Shown: positions 54,429-63,475, counted from the first letter of the stretch. The stretch is DNA of 64,000 nt from Spirochaetales bacterium (GCA_037142615.1 JBAXAI010000004.1:32001-96000), one strand, 5' to 3'. Notes: generated from the letters alone by a model not told the origin. Translations and numbers: made by a program.

Positions 54429-56336
54429 ATGGACTTCACGTCGCGGGATTTTTCCGAGCGCTACACGACCAACGCTGGGCTGGGGGCCTTTTGGTCGCCC
54501 CAAGGAACGACTTTCCGGCTTTGGGCCCCTCAGGCGCAGGCAGCCAGGGTACGGCTCTACGATTCCTGGGAGGGTGGAACCTGCACCGAGGCCGACCTCA
54601 AGCTCGGCGAGCGCGGCGTCTGGGAAGCCCTGGTCGAGGGCAATCTGGCCGGACGCTACTACACCCTGGCCACCGAATACGCGGCGCGTGGCTGGGAAGA
54701 AGGTGTTGACCCCTACGCACGCGCCGTGGGACCCCAAGGACGTCGCGGCTATTTGTTCGATCCTGCGCCGACCAGTCCCGAAGGTTGGGAGTCCGAGTCT
54801 TCGCCCGAGTTGCATCATCAGTTGGACAGCGTGCTCTACGAGTTGAGCGTGCGCGACGCCTCCAGCCAGCCGTCGTCGGGAATTGTTCACCGCGGCAAGT
54901 TTCTCGGCCTCACCGAGGAGCACACCACGAGCCCCGAGGGCGAAAAGACCGGCTTGGACCATCTGGTTGAGCTCGGGGTCACCCATGTGCACCTGTTACC
55001 CATCTACGATTTCGACGGTGTCGATGACCTGGCCGACAGTCCGAGCGACTACAACTGGGGGTACAACCCCCGCAATTTCAATGCCCTCAAGCCGGCGTTT
55101 TCCACCGATCCCCGCGACCCTGCGGTCGGCATCCGCGAGTTCAAACAACTCGTTCAGGCCTTTCACCGCCGTGGCCTGAGAGTCGTCATGGACGTCGTCT
55201 ACAACCACACCTACGCCACCGTCGACAGTCACCTGAACCGGGCGTACCCTTTCTACTACTACCGCATGTACGGGGCCGAGTTTTCCAACGGTTCCGGTTG
55301 TGGCAACGAGCTGGCCACCGAACGCCCCATGGTCCGGCGCTACATCCTCGACTCGCTCAAGTACTGGAAGAACGAGTTTCACCTTGATGGTTTCCGTTTC
55401 GACCTGATGGGCCTGTACGATACCGACACCATGAACGAGGTCGCGCGCGAGCTGCGCAAGGATGATCCCAATTTCCTGCTCTACGGCGAGGGCTGGACGG
55501 GCGGGCTCTCGACGCTTCCCGACGAGCGGAAAACCATCAAGGCCAACGCCTCGCAAGTGCGCGAAATCGCCTTCTTCAGCGATGAGAACCGTGATGCGCT
55601 CAAGGGTCATGTGTTCGAGGTGGCCCTCAAGGGCTTTGCCAACGGCGGCCAGCACCTCGAGGAGGCCGTCAAGTTCGCCGCCGCTGGTTGTGTGGCGCAT
55701 CCGGCGCTCCACCGGGGCAGTTGGGCTCAGGGGCCCCACCAAACGGTGAACTACGTTGCCGCCCACGACAACCACACCCTGTGGGACAAACTGGCCCACA
55801 CCAACCCCGAGGCCACCGAGGCCGAGCGCATACGCATGGTGAAGCTCGCGCAAGGGGCCGTGTTCCTGTCGCAGGGCTTTCCCTTCCTTCATGCCGGCGA
55901 GGAGTTTCTACGATCGAAGAAGGGCGTCGAGAACTCCTACAACTCGTCCGATGGCATCAATGGCCTCGACTGGCACGCCAAGTCCCGCTACCGCGAAGTG
56001 TTCGACTATCTGCGCGGCCTGATTGCCTTGCGGCGGGCACATCCCGCGTTGCGCCTGCGCTCGGCCGAGCAGGTTCGCGAACACTTGGCGTACCCGGAAC
56101 TCCTGGAGCCTGGCTTGGTGTCGTGGATTCTGCGCGACAATGCTGGTGGAGACGAGGCACACCGCCTTCAGGTCATCCTCAATTCGACGCAGCGGGGGCG
56201 CGAGGTCCACTTGGAAAAAGGCAACTGGGACATTCTGGCCGACGGCGAGCGGGCCGGTATCAAATCGCTCGGCAAGCCGCGTAACCGGATTGTGAATGTG
56301 GCACCCGTGAGTCTCCTGGTCGTCGCCTCAACTTGA
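54429..56336 (+). CDS. pulA: Type I pullulanase (GH13), cytoplasmic
   Basis: YNWGYNP, MDVVYNH, GFRFDLMG, YGEGW, YVAAHDN; no signal peptide. Confidence 0.92.
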   Translation: MDFTSRDFSERYTTNAGLGAFWSPQGTTFRLWAPQAQAARVRLYDSWEGGTCTEADLKLGERGVWEALVEGNLAGRYYTLATEYAARGWEEGVDPYARAVGPQGRRGYLFDPAPTSPEGWESESSPELHHQLDSVLYELSVRDASSQPSSGIVHRGKFLGLTEEHTTSPEGEKTGLDHLVELGVTHVHLLPIYDFDGVDDLADSPSDYNWGYNPRNFNALKPAFSTDPRDPAVGIREFKQLVQAFHRRGLRVVMDVVYNHTYATVDSHLNRAYPFYYYRMYGAEFSNGSGCGNELATERPMVRRYILDSLKYWKNEFHLDGFRFDLMGLYDTDTMNEVARELRKDDPNFLLYGEGWTGGLSTLPDERKTIKANASQVREIAFFSDENRDALKGHVFEVALKGFANGGQHLEEAVKFAAAGCVAHPALHRGSWAQGPHQTVNYVAAHDNHTLWDKLAHTNPEATEAERIRMVKLAQGAVFLSQGFPFLHAGEEFLRSKKGVENSYNSSDGINGLDWHAKSRYREVFDYLRGLIALRRAHPALRLRSAEQVREHLAYPELLEPGLVSWILRDNAGGDEAHRLQVILNSTQRGREVHLEKGNWDILADGERAGIKSLGKPRNRIVNVAPVSLLVVAST

Positions 56337-56360
56337 CAACCCGGGAAAATTGTTTATTCT
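56333..56360 (+). promoter_or_regulatory. Putative sigma70 promoter
   Basis: TTGACA-16bp-TATTCT upstream of the small membrane gene and rplM. Confidence 0.5.
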
Positions 56361-56388
56361 GAAACCGATTTACCCTTGGGAGGATTTC

Positions 56389-56646
56389 ATGGCGATTGTC
56401 GTAGGTTTGGTGTTTCTGCTGCTATCTGTGTGGGCTGTTTTGCCTGCCAACCTGTTCGGCCTGAACTGGGGGGCCGACGTCCTGACGTTCCTTCGCGGTG
56501 GAGCCCCCATCCTGGGCCTGTTCATCGGCCTGATCGCCGTGTTCATCGGCATTGCGGACATGAAAGACAAGGCCGAGGCCAAGAAGGAAGAAGAGGCCGA
56601 AAAAGCCAAGGCCGCCGCTTCGACCGATGGCAGCTCTGCCTCTTGA
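56389..56646 (+). CDS. Small two-TM membrane protein
   Basis: ATG after GGAGG; two hydrophobic helices and a charged tail IGIADMKDKAEAKKEEE. Confidence 0.8.
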   Translation: MAIVVGLVFLLLSVWAVLPANLFGLNWGADVLTFLRGGAPILGLFIGLIAVFIGIADMKDKAEAKKEEEAEKAKAAASTDGSSAS

Positions 56647-56724
56647 CCGAAAGGGGGGATCCGTGACATCTTGTCTCACCCCGCTATTAGTCGAGTCAGT
56701 GAAAAAGAGAAAGAGAAGGCAGAC

Positions 56725-57153
56725 ATGAAGACGATTTTTGTGAAGCCTGCGGATGTTGTACGCAAATGGTACATCATCGACGCCGAAGGCCAGATGCTCG
56801 GACGAGTCGCTACCAAAGTGGCGACCATCCTCCGTGGCAAGAACAAGCCCCTGTATACTCCCCACCAGGAAGTCGGTGATTACGTGATTGTGATCAACAC
56901 CAGCAAGATGAAGGTGTCCGGCGGAAAGGAATTCAAGAAGATTTACTACCACCATACCACCCACATCGGCGGGATCAAGGGTGAGTCGTACCAGTCGCTG
57001 CTCAAGCGTCGGCCCGAACGCCCCCTCGAGTTGGCGATCAAGGGGATGCTTCCTCATACCCCTCTCGGCTACCAGCTTTTCGGTAACGTCAAAGTGTACG
57101 GTGGCGACCGCCATCCTCACGCCGCCCAGCAACCCCAGGCCTTGAGCCTTTAA
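56725..57153 (+). CDS. rplM: 50S ribosomal protein L13
   Basis: RKWYIIDA..LGRVA..LRGKNKP.YTPH..GDYVIVIN; IKGMLP. Confidence 0.98.
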   Translation: MKTIFVKPADVVRKWYIIDAEGQMLGRVATKVATILRGKNKPLYTPHQEVGDYVIVINTSKMKVSGGKEFKKIYYHHTTHIGGIKGESYQSLLKRRPERPLELAIKGMLPHTPLGYQLFGNVKVYGGDRHPHAAQQPQALSL

Positions 57154-57168
57154 GGTCAGGAGAACAAC

Positions 57169-57561
57169 ATGGCTGAAAAAACCATCAACGGAACCGGACG
57201 CCGCAAGACTGCTGTCGCCCGCGTCTACGTCACCAAGGGAAAGGGCGTGATTACGATCAACCACCTCCCTCTGGAAAAGTACTTCCCCTATCCCATCCAG
57301 CAGATGACCGTCAAGGCTCCCTTGACCGTCCTCGACATGGACGGCAAGTACGATATCAACATCAACTGCAAGGGTGGCGGGTTCAACGCTCAGGCCGAGG
57401 CCATCCGCCACGGAATCTCGCGCGCTTTCGACGAAATGGATGCGACCAACCGTCCTGTCCTGAAGGCCAACGGCTTTCTGACCCGCGACTCCCGCATGGT
57501 GGAGCGAAAGAAGTACGGTCAGAAAAAGGCCCGCAAGCGGTTCCAGTTCTCGAAGCGCTAA
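57169..57561 (+). CDS. rpsI: 30S ribosomal protein S9
   Basis: GTGRRKTAVARV, GGG..QAEAIRHG, LTRDSRMVERKKYG..QFSKR. Confidence 0.98.
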   Translation: MAEKTINGTGRRKTAVARVYVTKGKGVITINHLPLEKYFPYPIQQMTVKAPLTVLDMDGKYDININCKGGGFNAQAEAIRHGISRAFDEMDATNRPVLKANGFLTRDSRMVERKKYGQKKARKRFQFSKR

Positions 57562-57621
57562 AGCGCTTCTTGGCGCTAAAGCGCTTCCTGACGATATATC
57601 GTTTCTTGGCGCTAAAGCGCT
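57552..57621 (+). repeat. Three copies of the hairpin unit GCGCTAAAGCGC
   Basis: Copies at 57555-57566, 57573-57584 and 57609-57620; copies 2 and 3 share TTCTTGGCGCTAAAGCGCT. Confidence 0.85.
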
Positions 57622-57685
57622 GCGAGATCCAAAGTTTGGAGACTTCGAGTCCAAACGGGCAGTTGTCCGGCTTTTGGTTCCACTG

Positions 57686-57713
57686 CCGTCCCGTTTTGGG
57701 ACGGTTTTTTTTT
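57686..57713 (+). terminator. Intrinsic terminator of rplM-rpsI
   Basis: CCGTCCC-GTTTT-GGGACGG followed by T9. Confidence 0.88.
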
Positions 57714-57721
57714 GCTCCGCG

Positions 57722-57750
57722 TTGACAAGCGCGTTGGCGAGAACTATCCT
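57722..57750 (+). promoter_or_regulatory. Sigma70 promoter
   Basis: TTGACA-17bp-TATCCT. Confidence 0.65.
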
Positions 57751-57776
57751 GCTCCCACGGAGTGTTCATCAAAGCT

Positions 57777-58370
57777 ATGCCACCGACGCCCAAACAGAAA
57801 GTCTTTTCCGCGCTCGAAGTTGCCAAGGTCTGCGGCGTGGTCAATCAGACCGTCATCAACTGGATTCGTGCTGGCAAACTCAAAGCCTCGACGACACCCG
57901 GCGGGCAGTTCCGCGTCTATCCCGAAGACCTTCGGGGATTCCTTCTTGAAAATGGGATGAAAATCCCCGACGACCTGAAGGAACTCTTTCGCCAGCAGCG
58001 AGCTTCGGTTCTCGTGGTGGAAGATGACCGCGTTCTCAACGACCTGCTTGCGGTCCAACTGCGGCGGCAGTGGCCAGAAGCCGACCTCTTCCAGGCCTTC
58101 GACGGCTTTGAGGCCGGGTCCCTCCTTGGCGTGAATCGACCTGAGGTAGTGCTGCTCGACCTGAACCTGCCTGGTGTGGACGGCTTTGAGCTGTGTCGAC
58201 GTATCAAGCAAGAGCCGGGTTTTGAGCAGCCCTGGGTTGTCGCGATGACCTCGAGCGACGAACCCGGACTGGAAGACCGACTTGCGGCACTCGGTGCCGA
58301 CGCCTTTTTTCGTAAGCCGTTCGACTTTGAACTGCTTGCGGAAAGCCTCCACAAGCGCCTTTCGCGGTAA
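57777..58370 (+). CDS. Excisionase-type HTH plus receiver-domain response regulator
   Basis: FSALEVAKVCGVVNQTVINWIRAGKLKA..TPGGQFRV; REC VVEDD..LLDLNLPGVDG..RKP. Confidence 0.9.
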   Translation: MPPTPKQKVFSALEVAKVCGVVNQTVINWIRAGKLKASTTPGGQFRVYPEDLRGFLLENGMKIPDDLKELFRQQRASVLVVEDDRVLNDLLAVQLRRQWPEADLFQAFDGFEAGSLLGVNRPEVVLLDLNLPGVDGFELCRRIKQEPGFEQPWVVAMTSSDEPGLEDRLAALGADAFFRKPFDFELLAESLHKRLSR

Positions 58371-58381
58371 CAGGAGTTCGC

Positions 58382-58726
58382 ATGGAAGTGAGCAATGCCT
58401 ACATCTTGATCGTCGAGGACGAGGATTCCATCCGTATACCGCTCAAGGACTACCTGACGCGTATCGGATTCACCGTGCTGGTGGCGTCTGACGGTGTGGG
58501 TGCCATCAAACAGTTGCTCGACTTTCCGGTGCAGTACATCATCACCGACTACCGAATGGAAACCCTTGGTGGCGACTATTGGATTCGATTTCTGCAACGC
58601 TACTGCCATGAGATCAAAGTTTTGGTCACCAGCGGCTTCCTGAAGTCCGACCTACCCATCCCGTTCGAGTTCCTGGCCAAACCGTATTCCTTCAAGGAAC
58701 TCGAAGCCAGATTGCGGGCGCTGTAG
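58382..58726 (+). CDS. Single-domain response regulator
   Basis: ILIVEDE, ITDYRM, VTSG, LAKP; SD AGGAG. Confidence 0.88.
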   Translation: MEVSNAYILIVEDEDSIRIPLKDYLTRIGFTVLVASDGVGAIKQLLDFPVQYIITDYRMETLGGDYWIRFLQRYCHEIKVLVTSGFLKSDLPIPFEFLAKPYSFKELEARLRAL

Positions 58727-58727
58727 C

Positions 58728-60557
58728 TCACATACCGAGGATTTCGTCGGGGATGGGTGTGATCAACTTCACCAGCTCATCGAAGATGAAGTCGACGTCC
58801 ATGACTCCGAACATTTGGCCGCCAGCATCGAAAAGCGGGTGCGCCGAAGTGAGAATCAGGCGGTTGGTGTATTTCGAGAAAAACAAGTCCGAATCGTAGG
58901 CTTCGCGGGTTTCGAGAACCCTCATGAACCATTCGTGCTTGCGGAAATCCTTTCCAAGCAGATTGCGGAACAGGGCCTTTTCGCCACGCTGTGTATGCAC
59001 TTGGGTAATCCTGCGGCCTTCGACGTTGGTCACGGCGAGCAATTGGATCGAACCTTCGCGCATGACGGCCTCACTGAGGTCCGCTTCCATCAGCTCCAGG
59101 TCAAAGGTCCGGAACGACTCCTTGGCAGAAAGGTGGCCCGCCAGATCGTGGGCGATACGCACGGCCTCGGCCTTCACCTTCTCGAAATCGGACACAAAGA
59201 GGCTCGGCAGGAAACGCTTGGTCTGCGCCAGCATTTCCTCCGGAGAGATCGAGGTGGTACGGCCCTGGGCGTACTCCTCCAGGATCCACGTGTGGATGTG
59301 CTTCAACCCGTGGGCGCGCTTTCCAATCGATTCCTTGTGACCGGAAGCAATCTCGGAGATGTTTTCATTGATCCACTGGGCGATGCCGGCCATGCCCGAC
59401 TTGTCGGTAACCTGAATGCGCAGCGGCCGGTCGAGCAACTTCTCGGTGTCGAAGATGTTGTAGATCTCGGGGTTCTTCATGATGCCGTCAGCATGGATCC
59501 CAGCCCGGGTCGTATTGAACTCCAGGCCCACAAAGGGGTAATTCGGCGCGATGGACGCCTGGATCTCTTCCCGGAAGAAACGCGCAATCTTGGTGATCAC
59601 GCGGGTGTCCATGCCGTCGTTGGTGCCCTTGAGCGCGATGTATTCCATTACCGCACCTTCGAGCGGCGGGTTGCCGGTCCGCTCGCCGAAGCCCAGCAGG
59701 CTCGCATTCAGGCTCGAGCACCCGTACAGCCAGGCCGTGGTGGCATTGACGTGCACCTTATGGAAGTCGTTGTGACCGTGCCATTCGAGCCAAGCGCTGG
59801 GGTAGGCAAGCTCCTGGGCAAAGGCGTGCACGAGCTTCGGCACACTTCGAGGCAGCACCGAACCAGGGTACGTGACCCCGAACCCCATGGTATCGCAAAG
59901 CCGGATCTTCACCGGGAGTTTGGCCTCGCGAGCGAGGAGGAGCAACTTTTCGGCGAAAGGAAGCACAAAGCCGTACAGGTCGGCCCGGGTAACGTCTTCG
60001 AAGTGGCAGCGGGGCACAATGCCGGCCGCGAGCGCTTCTTTGACGATGCCTAGGTACTGGTCTTGGATTTTGGCGCGGGTCTTTTTGAGCTTGAGAAAGA
60101 TGTGGTAGTCGCTCACAGACGTGAGGATCCCCGTCTCTTTGAGTCCGAGGCTTTTGGCCAGCACAAGGTCTTCGGCATCGGCCCGAATCCAGCCGGTGAT
60201 TTCGGGAAACTCATAGCCTTTGGCCTGGCAGAGTTCGAGGGCCTTCTGGTCGCGCTTGGAATACAGGAAGAACTCGGTCTGGCGGATGATTCCCTTGGGC
60301 CCGCCTAGCTCATGCAACAGATCAAAGATGGTGCTGATCTGCTCGGGGGTATAGGGCGGGCGCGACTGCTGGCCGTCGCGAAACGTGGTGTCGGTGATCC
60401 AGATGTCGTGGGCCGGATGGGGTATCACGTCGTGACCATCGAACAAGATGCGCGGCACGTCGTCGTAGGGAAACTGATCACGGTAGAGCTCGGGTTCAGA
60501 AACATCGGCCAAGGGAAAGTTCCCCCGGGTGCGTAGCGGCGAAAAAGGACTGTGCAT
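58728..60557 (-). CDS. DRE-TIM metallolyase, probable Re-citrate synthase, with a C-terminal Cache/PDC-like domain
   Basis: DVSEPELYRDQFPY, DTTFRDGQQSRPPY, EWHGHNDF, GERTGN, TRAGIHADG; C-terminal FFSKYTNRLILTSAHPLFD..GVMDVD. Confidence 0.8.
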   Translation of the reverse strand: MHSPFSPLRTRGNFPLADVSEPELYRDQFPYDDVPRILFDGHDVIPHPAHDIWITDTTFRDGQQSRPPYTPEQISTIFDLLHELGGPKGIIRQTEFFLYSKRDQKALELCQAKGYEFPEITGWIRADAEDLVLAKSLGLKETGILTSVSDYHIFLKLKKTRAKIQDQYLGIVKEALAAGIVPRCHFEDVTRADLYGFVLPFAEKLLLLAREAKLPVKIRLCDTMGFGVTYPGSVLPRSVPKLVHAFAQELAYPSAWLEWHGHNDFHKVHVNATTAWLYGCSSLNASLLGFGERTGNPPLEGAVMEYIALKGTNDGMDTRVITKIARFFREEIQASIAPNYPFVGLEFNTTRAGIHADGIMKNPEIYNIFDTEKLLDRPLRIQVTDKSGMAGIAQWINENISEIASGHKESIGKRAHGLKHIHTWILEEYAQGRTTSISPEEMLAQTKRFLPSLFVSDFEKVKAEAVRIAHDLAGHLSAKESFRTFDLELMEADLSEAVMREGSIQLLAVTNVEGRRITQVHTQRGEKALFRNLLGKDFRKHEWFMRVLETREAYDSDLFFSKYTNRLILTSAHPLFDAGGQMFGVMDVDFIFDELVKLITPIPDEILGM

Positions 60558-60565
60558 GGACCATT

Positions 60566-60594
60566 TTGACAAAACACCCGCGATGATGCAAGAT
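60566..60594 (+). promoter_or_regulatory. Putative sigma70 promoter for the leader ORF and rsgA
   Basis: TTGACA-17bp-CAAGAT. Confidence 0.5.
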
Positions 60595-60623
60595 AGAGCA
60601 ATATTTCCCGCAGGAGGCGCTTC

Positions 60624-60677
60624 ATGAACACCACTACCAAGGATTTTGCCCGTCTCCCGGTCGGGACCCGCACCTAA
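60624..60677 (+). CDS. Putative 17-aa leader peptide MNTTTKDFARLPVGTRT
   Basis: AGGAGG 6 nt before ATG; TAA at 60675; hairpins follow before rsgA. Confidence 0.55.
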   Translation: MNTTTKDFARLPVGTRT

Positions 60678-60758
60678 CCGCGCGTTGCGCGTTCAGGGCC
60701 TGTTGAAAGGCCCAGCCCGACCGGTTTCAACCAAACTTCTGAAACCGAGGGACCTCCG

Positions 60759-61883
60759 TTGTCCGATTTTTCTATTCTATCTCGCTGGGGTTGGAACTCC
60801 CGCTGGCATGCCGTGTGGAATGGTCTGCTTCAGTCGCTGTCTGGCACCACGCTCGCTACTTCCGGCTTGTTCCCGGCCAAAGTGACCGGCAGGGAAGGGC
60901 CCCTTTTTGCGCTGGAGACCCCCGAGGGCTCGGCTTGGGGTCACCTTTCAGGCCGCTTTCGCCACGAAGCCGTGGCCCTGGATCTTCCGCTCGTAGGGGA
61001 CTGGGTTGCCGTTCAGTCTGCCGAGGTGGGCAAGGCCGTGATCCACGCGGTGCTGCCACGCCGCACCCTGTTCTCGCGCATGGTCGTCAAGGGCCAAACA
61101 GAAACCAACAGTCCGCTGGCTGCCAACTTGGATGTGCTGGGCATCGTCACCGGCCTCGACGCCAACTTTAACCCTCAGCGGGCTCAGCGGTTGGCTACTC
61201 TGGCTCGTCAGGGTGGAATCCTCCCCCTCTGGATCCTGAGCAAGGCCGACCTGCCCGGTGCCGAGGCCAAAGTGACGCTGGCGCGCAAGGCGGCAGGCTC
61301 CGACCCGGTGATAGCGCTCAGCCCGCTGACCGGCGAAGGGGTGACCGACCTCGACCCCTGGTTGCAACCAGGCTGGACCGTCGCTCTGGCGGGCTCGTCG
61401 GGGGTGGGAAAAACCACGCTGACCAACCTTCTGCGCCAATCCTCTGGCGCGGGAAATGACCTCGATACCGGCGAAGTGCGCGCCGCCGACAGCAAGGGGC
61501 GCCACACGACGACCAGCCGACACCTCTACCGCCTCGAGAACGGGACGCTGCTGATGGATGCCCCCGGCTTCCGGACGGTGGGGCTTTGGGCCGACGAAGA
61601 GGCGCTCGAGGAAAGCTTTGCCGACATTGCTGAACTTGCGCTCAAATGCCGTTTCGACGACTGCAGTCACGAAGGGGAGCCCGGTTGCGCGGTCCGTGAC
61701 GCGCTTGACTCAGGCGAACTGGATGTCGGTCGGTGGAAGGGCTGGCAAAAGCAGTTGCGCGAAGTGCGGCACCTGGAGCGCCAAGGCGATATTGTCGCCC
61801 AGCGGGCCGAACGCGACAAGTGGCGGGGCATCCACCAAAGCATGCGAGGGTTCAGCAAAGAAAGGCGGGCCGGGGGGCGGTGA
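60759..61883 (+). CDS. rsgA: Ribosome small subunit-dependent GTPase A
   Basis: VGDWV, AANLD, SKAD, GSSGVGKTT, GRHTTT, DAPGFR, Zn site CRFDDCSHEGEPGC. Confidence 0.93.
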   Translation: MSDFSILSRWGWNSRWHAVWNGLLQSLSGTTLATSGLFPAKVTGREGPLFALETPEGSAWGHLSGRFRHEAVALDLPLVGDWVAVQSAEVGKAVIHAVLPRRTLFSRMVVKGQTETNSPLAANLDVLGIVTGLDANFNPQRAQRLATLARQGGILPLWILSKADLPGAEAKVTLARKAAGSDPVIALSPLTGEGVTDLDPWLQPGWTVALAGSSGVGKTTLTNLLRQSSGAGNDLDTGEVRAADSKGRHTTTSRHLYRLENGTLLMDAPGFRTVGLWADEEALEESFADIAELALKCRFDDCSHEGEPGCAVRDALDSGELDVGRWKGWQKQLREVRHLERQGDIVAQRAERDKWRGIHQSMRGFSKERRAGGR

Positions 61884-61897
61884 GGCCCCCCAGACTA

Positions 61898-63475
61898 CTA
61901 ATACTTTCCGGTACCGAAGTTGACGCCGACATTGAGGGTCAGCTTCTTGCCCTGAAACTGAAGCGGGAACTGGGTTCCAGCGTCGCCCCAGACGACGTTG
62001 GCGCCCACGTTCAGGCTCAGCTCGTCCCACGGGGAGTAGCTGAAGCTAGGCTTTGCCCAGCCTGACCAGTCGCTCAGGTTTTGTTGCACCAGGGCGCTGA
62101 AGTTGACCTTGGTGCCGAGGAGCTTACTCAAGCTGACCAGCGAGGTCAGGTTGTGAATGCCAGGGTTGGCCACGTCGCCGAAGCCGTAGACCCGGTCCGC
62201 ATGGTTCACCGGATCGATGTAGGCCGTCTTGGTCGCGCTGACTTGTCCCAGGCCGAAGGTGTTGAACGCACGCTGAGCGTACCCCGCCTCGTCGCTGCCG
62301 AAGGGATTGTACCAGTACTCGGTACGCAGGCTGAAGTTGAGATCGCTGTTGCTGTAGCTGGCACCCACGGTGCCGGTGTAGTAGATGGTTGTGGCATCGT
62401 ATTTGTCGATCGACGCGAAGATGTCCTTGGTTCCAACGCTCGGAATGGTGATGGTTTTGGTACCCGTACCATGGAGCACGTCGGCGCCGTAGAGCGCAAT
62501 TCCTTCCGAAAACAGATTGACCTTGTTCAGTTCTGGAATCGGCAAGAAGCCCAGGCCTGTGTTGAGGGTGGCGACAGCCTTGGGCGCATTGTTCTTCTGG
62601 TAGAAGCCCCCGACGCTCAGTTGTGCTTCACCAACGAGAATGTCACCCTGAAGCGCGTAGCCCGGAAGTTCGAGCGTCGGTGTCACTGCTTTGCCGGTGG
62701 TCGGGTCAAGAAAGTACTCGTCGCGCAAAATCACGTAGGCAGCGAGGTTTGCTTTCTGGTTGGGGAAGGGGAGGGTGGCATTGAGGGCCACCGGACCTTC
62801 GCGGCTGGCCGTTGGGTCGGTGGCGTCCTTGGCCGTGAGCGAAATCACGTCGCCGGGGCTGTAAAAGTACGCCACTCCCCAACTGGCCGACTGCTTGCCG
62901 AAGCGCAAAAACAGCGTGTCGGCGATGGTCACGTCGGTGTACATTTCCCAAATCTTGAGGTTGGGAATCTCGAGGGTCGTGGACGTCGTCGTCACACCTG
63001 CGGCGATCGGGCCAACGGCGGCGTTGTAGGTCGCCCCTGTCAGCACCGATTTGTCGTTCGTGAAGGGTGCACCGGCCTTGAGGCCCAGGTGAAAGCGGAA
63101 GTCAGCACTTGGGCGACCGTCGAGGTTAAGCGACGTCGAAAGGTTGTAGCCCAGCGACTCGGTGTAGTTCTTGGCCAGGTCGGCGGTGTCGGGCCAATCG
63201 GTCCAGCTGCCATTCCAAGTGGCCCCACTCGAAACATTGCCACCCCAACGAATGCCTTGGGCAGACTGGGTAAACGCAGCGGTGGGGTCTACCTTGGTCG
63301 CCGAAGCCGGCTTGGGGGCTTCGACGAGAACGGCATCCTCGCCAAAAAAGTCGTCGGATGCGGCAGCGTTTTCGTCGGCCGTCTGGGCGGCGATACCTGC
63401 GGGAAGTGCCATCAGACCAAGGGCAACAAGCAGGGTCCAGAGCGCCCAGTTGGACTTGCGGGTTGGGAGGTTCAT
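61898..63475 (-). CDS. Exported hypothetical protein, probable outer-membrane beta-barrel
   Basis: Signal peptide; amphipathic beta strands; FGKQSASWGVAYFYSPGD; downstream of the LolA-like gene. Confidence 0.7.
   Translation of the reverse strand: MNLPTRKSNWALWTLLVALGLMALPAGIAAQTADENAAASDDFFGEDAVLVEAPKPASATKVDPTAAFTQSAQGIRWGGNVSSGATWNGSWTDWPDTADLAKNYTESLGYNLSTSLNLDGRPSADFRFHLGLKAGAPFTNDKSVLTGATYNAAVGPIAAGVTTTSTTLEIPNLKIWEMYTDVTIADTLFLRFGKQSASWGVAYFYSPGDVISLTAKDATDPTASREGPVALNATLPFPNQKANLAAYVILRDEYFLDPTTGKAVTPTLELPGYALQGDILVGEAQLSVGGFYQKNNAPKAVATLNTGLGFLPIPELNKVNLFSEGIALYGADVLHGTGTKTITIPSVGTKDIFASIDKYDATTIYYTGTVGASYSNSDLNFSLRTEYWYNPFGSDEAGYAQRAFNTFGLGQVSATKTAYIDPVNHADRVYGFGDVANPGIHNLTSLVSLSKLLGTKVNFSALVQQNLSDWSGWAKPSFSYSPWDELSLNVGANVVWGDAGTQFPLQFQGKKLTLNVGVNFGTGKY

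Noticed and set aside
57552-57621. CRISPR array
   Set aside because: Units are 12-19 bp with irregular 6- and 24-bp gaps, and no cas genes are present.
57777-57960. Excisionase indicating a prophage or ICE
   Set aside because: The HTH is fused to a receiver domain, and no integrase or phage genes are nearby.
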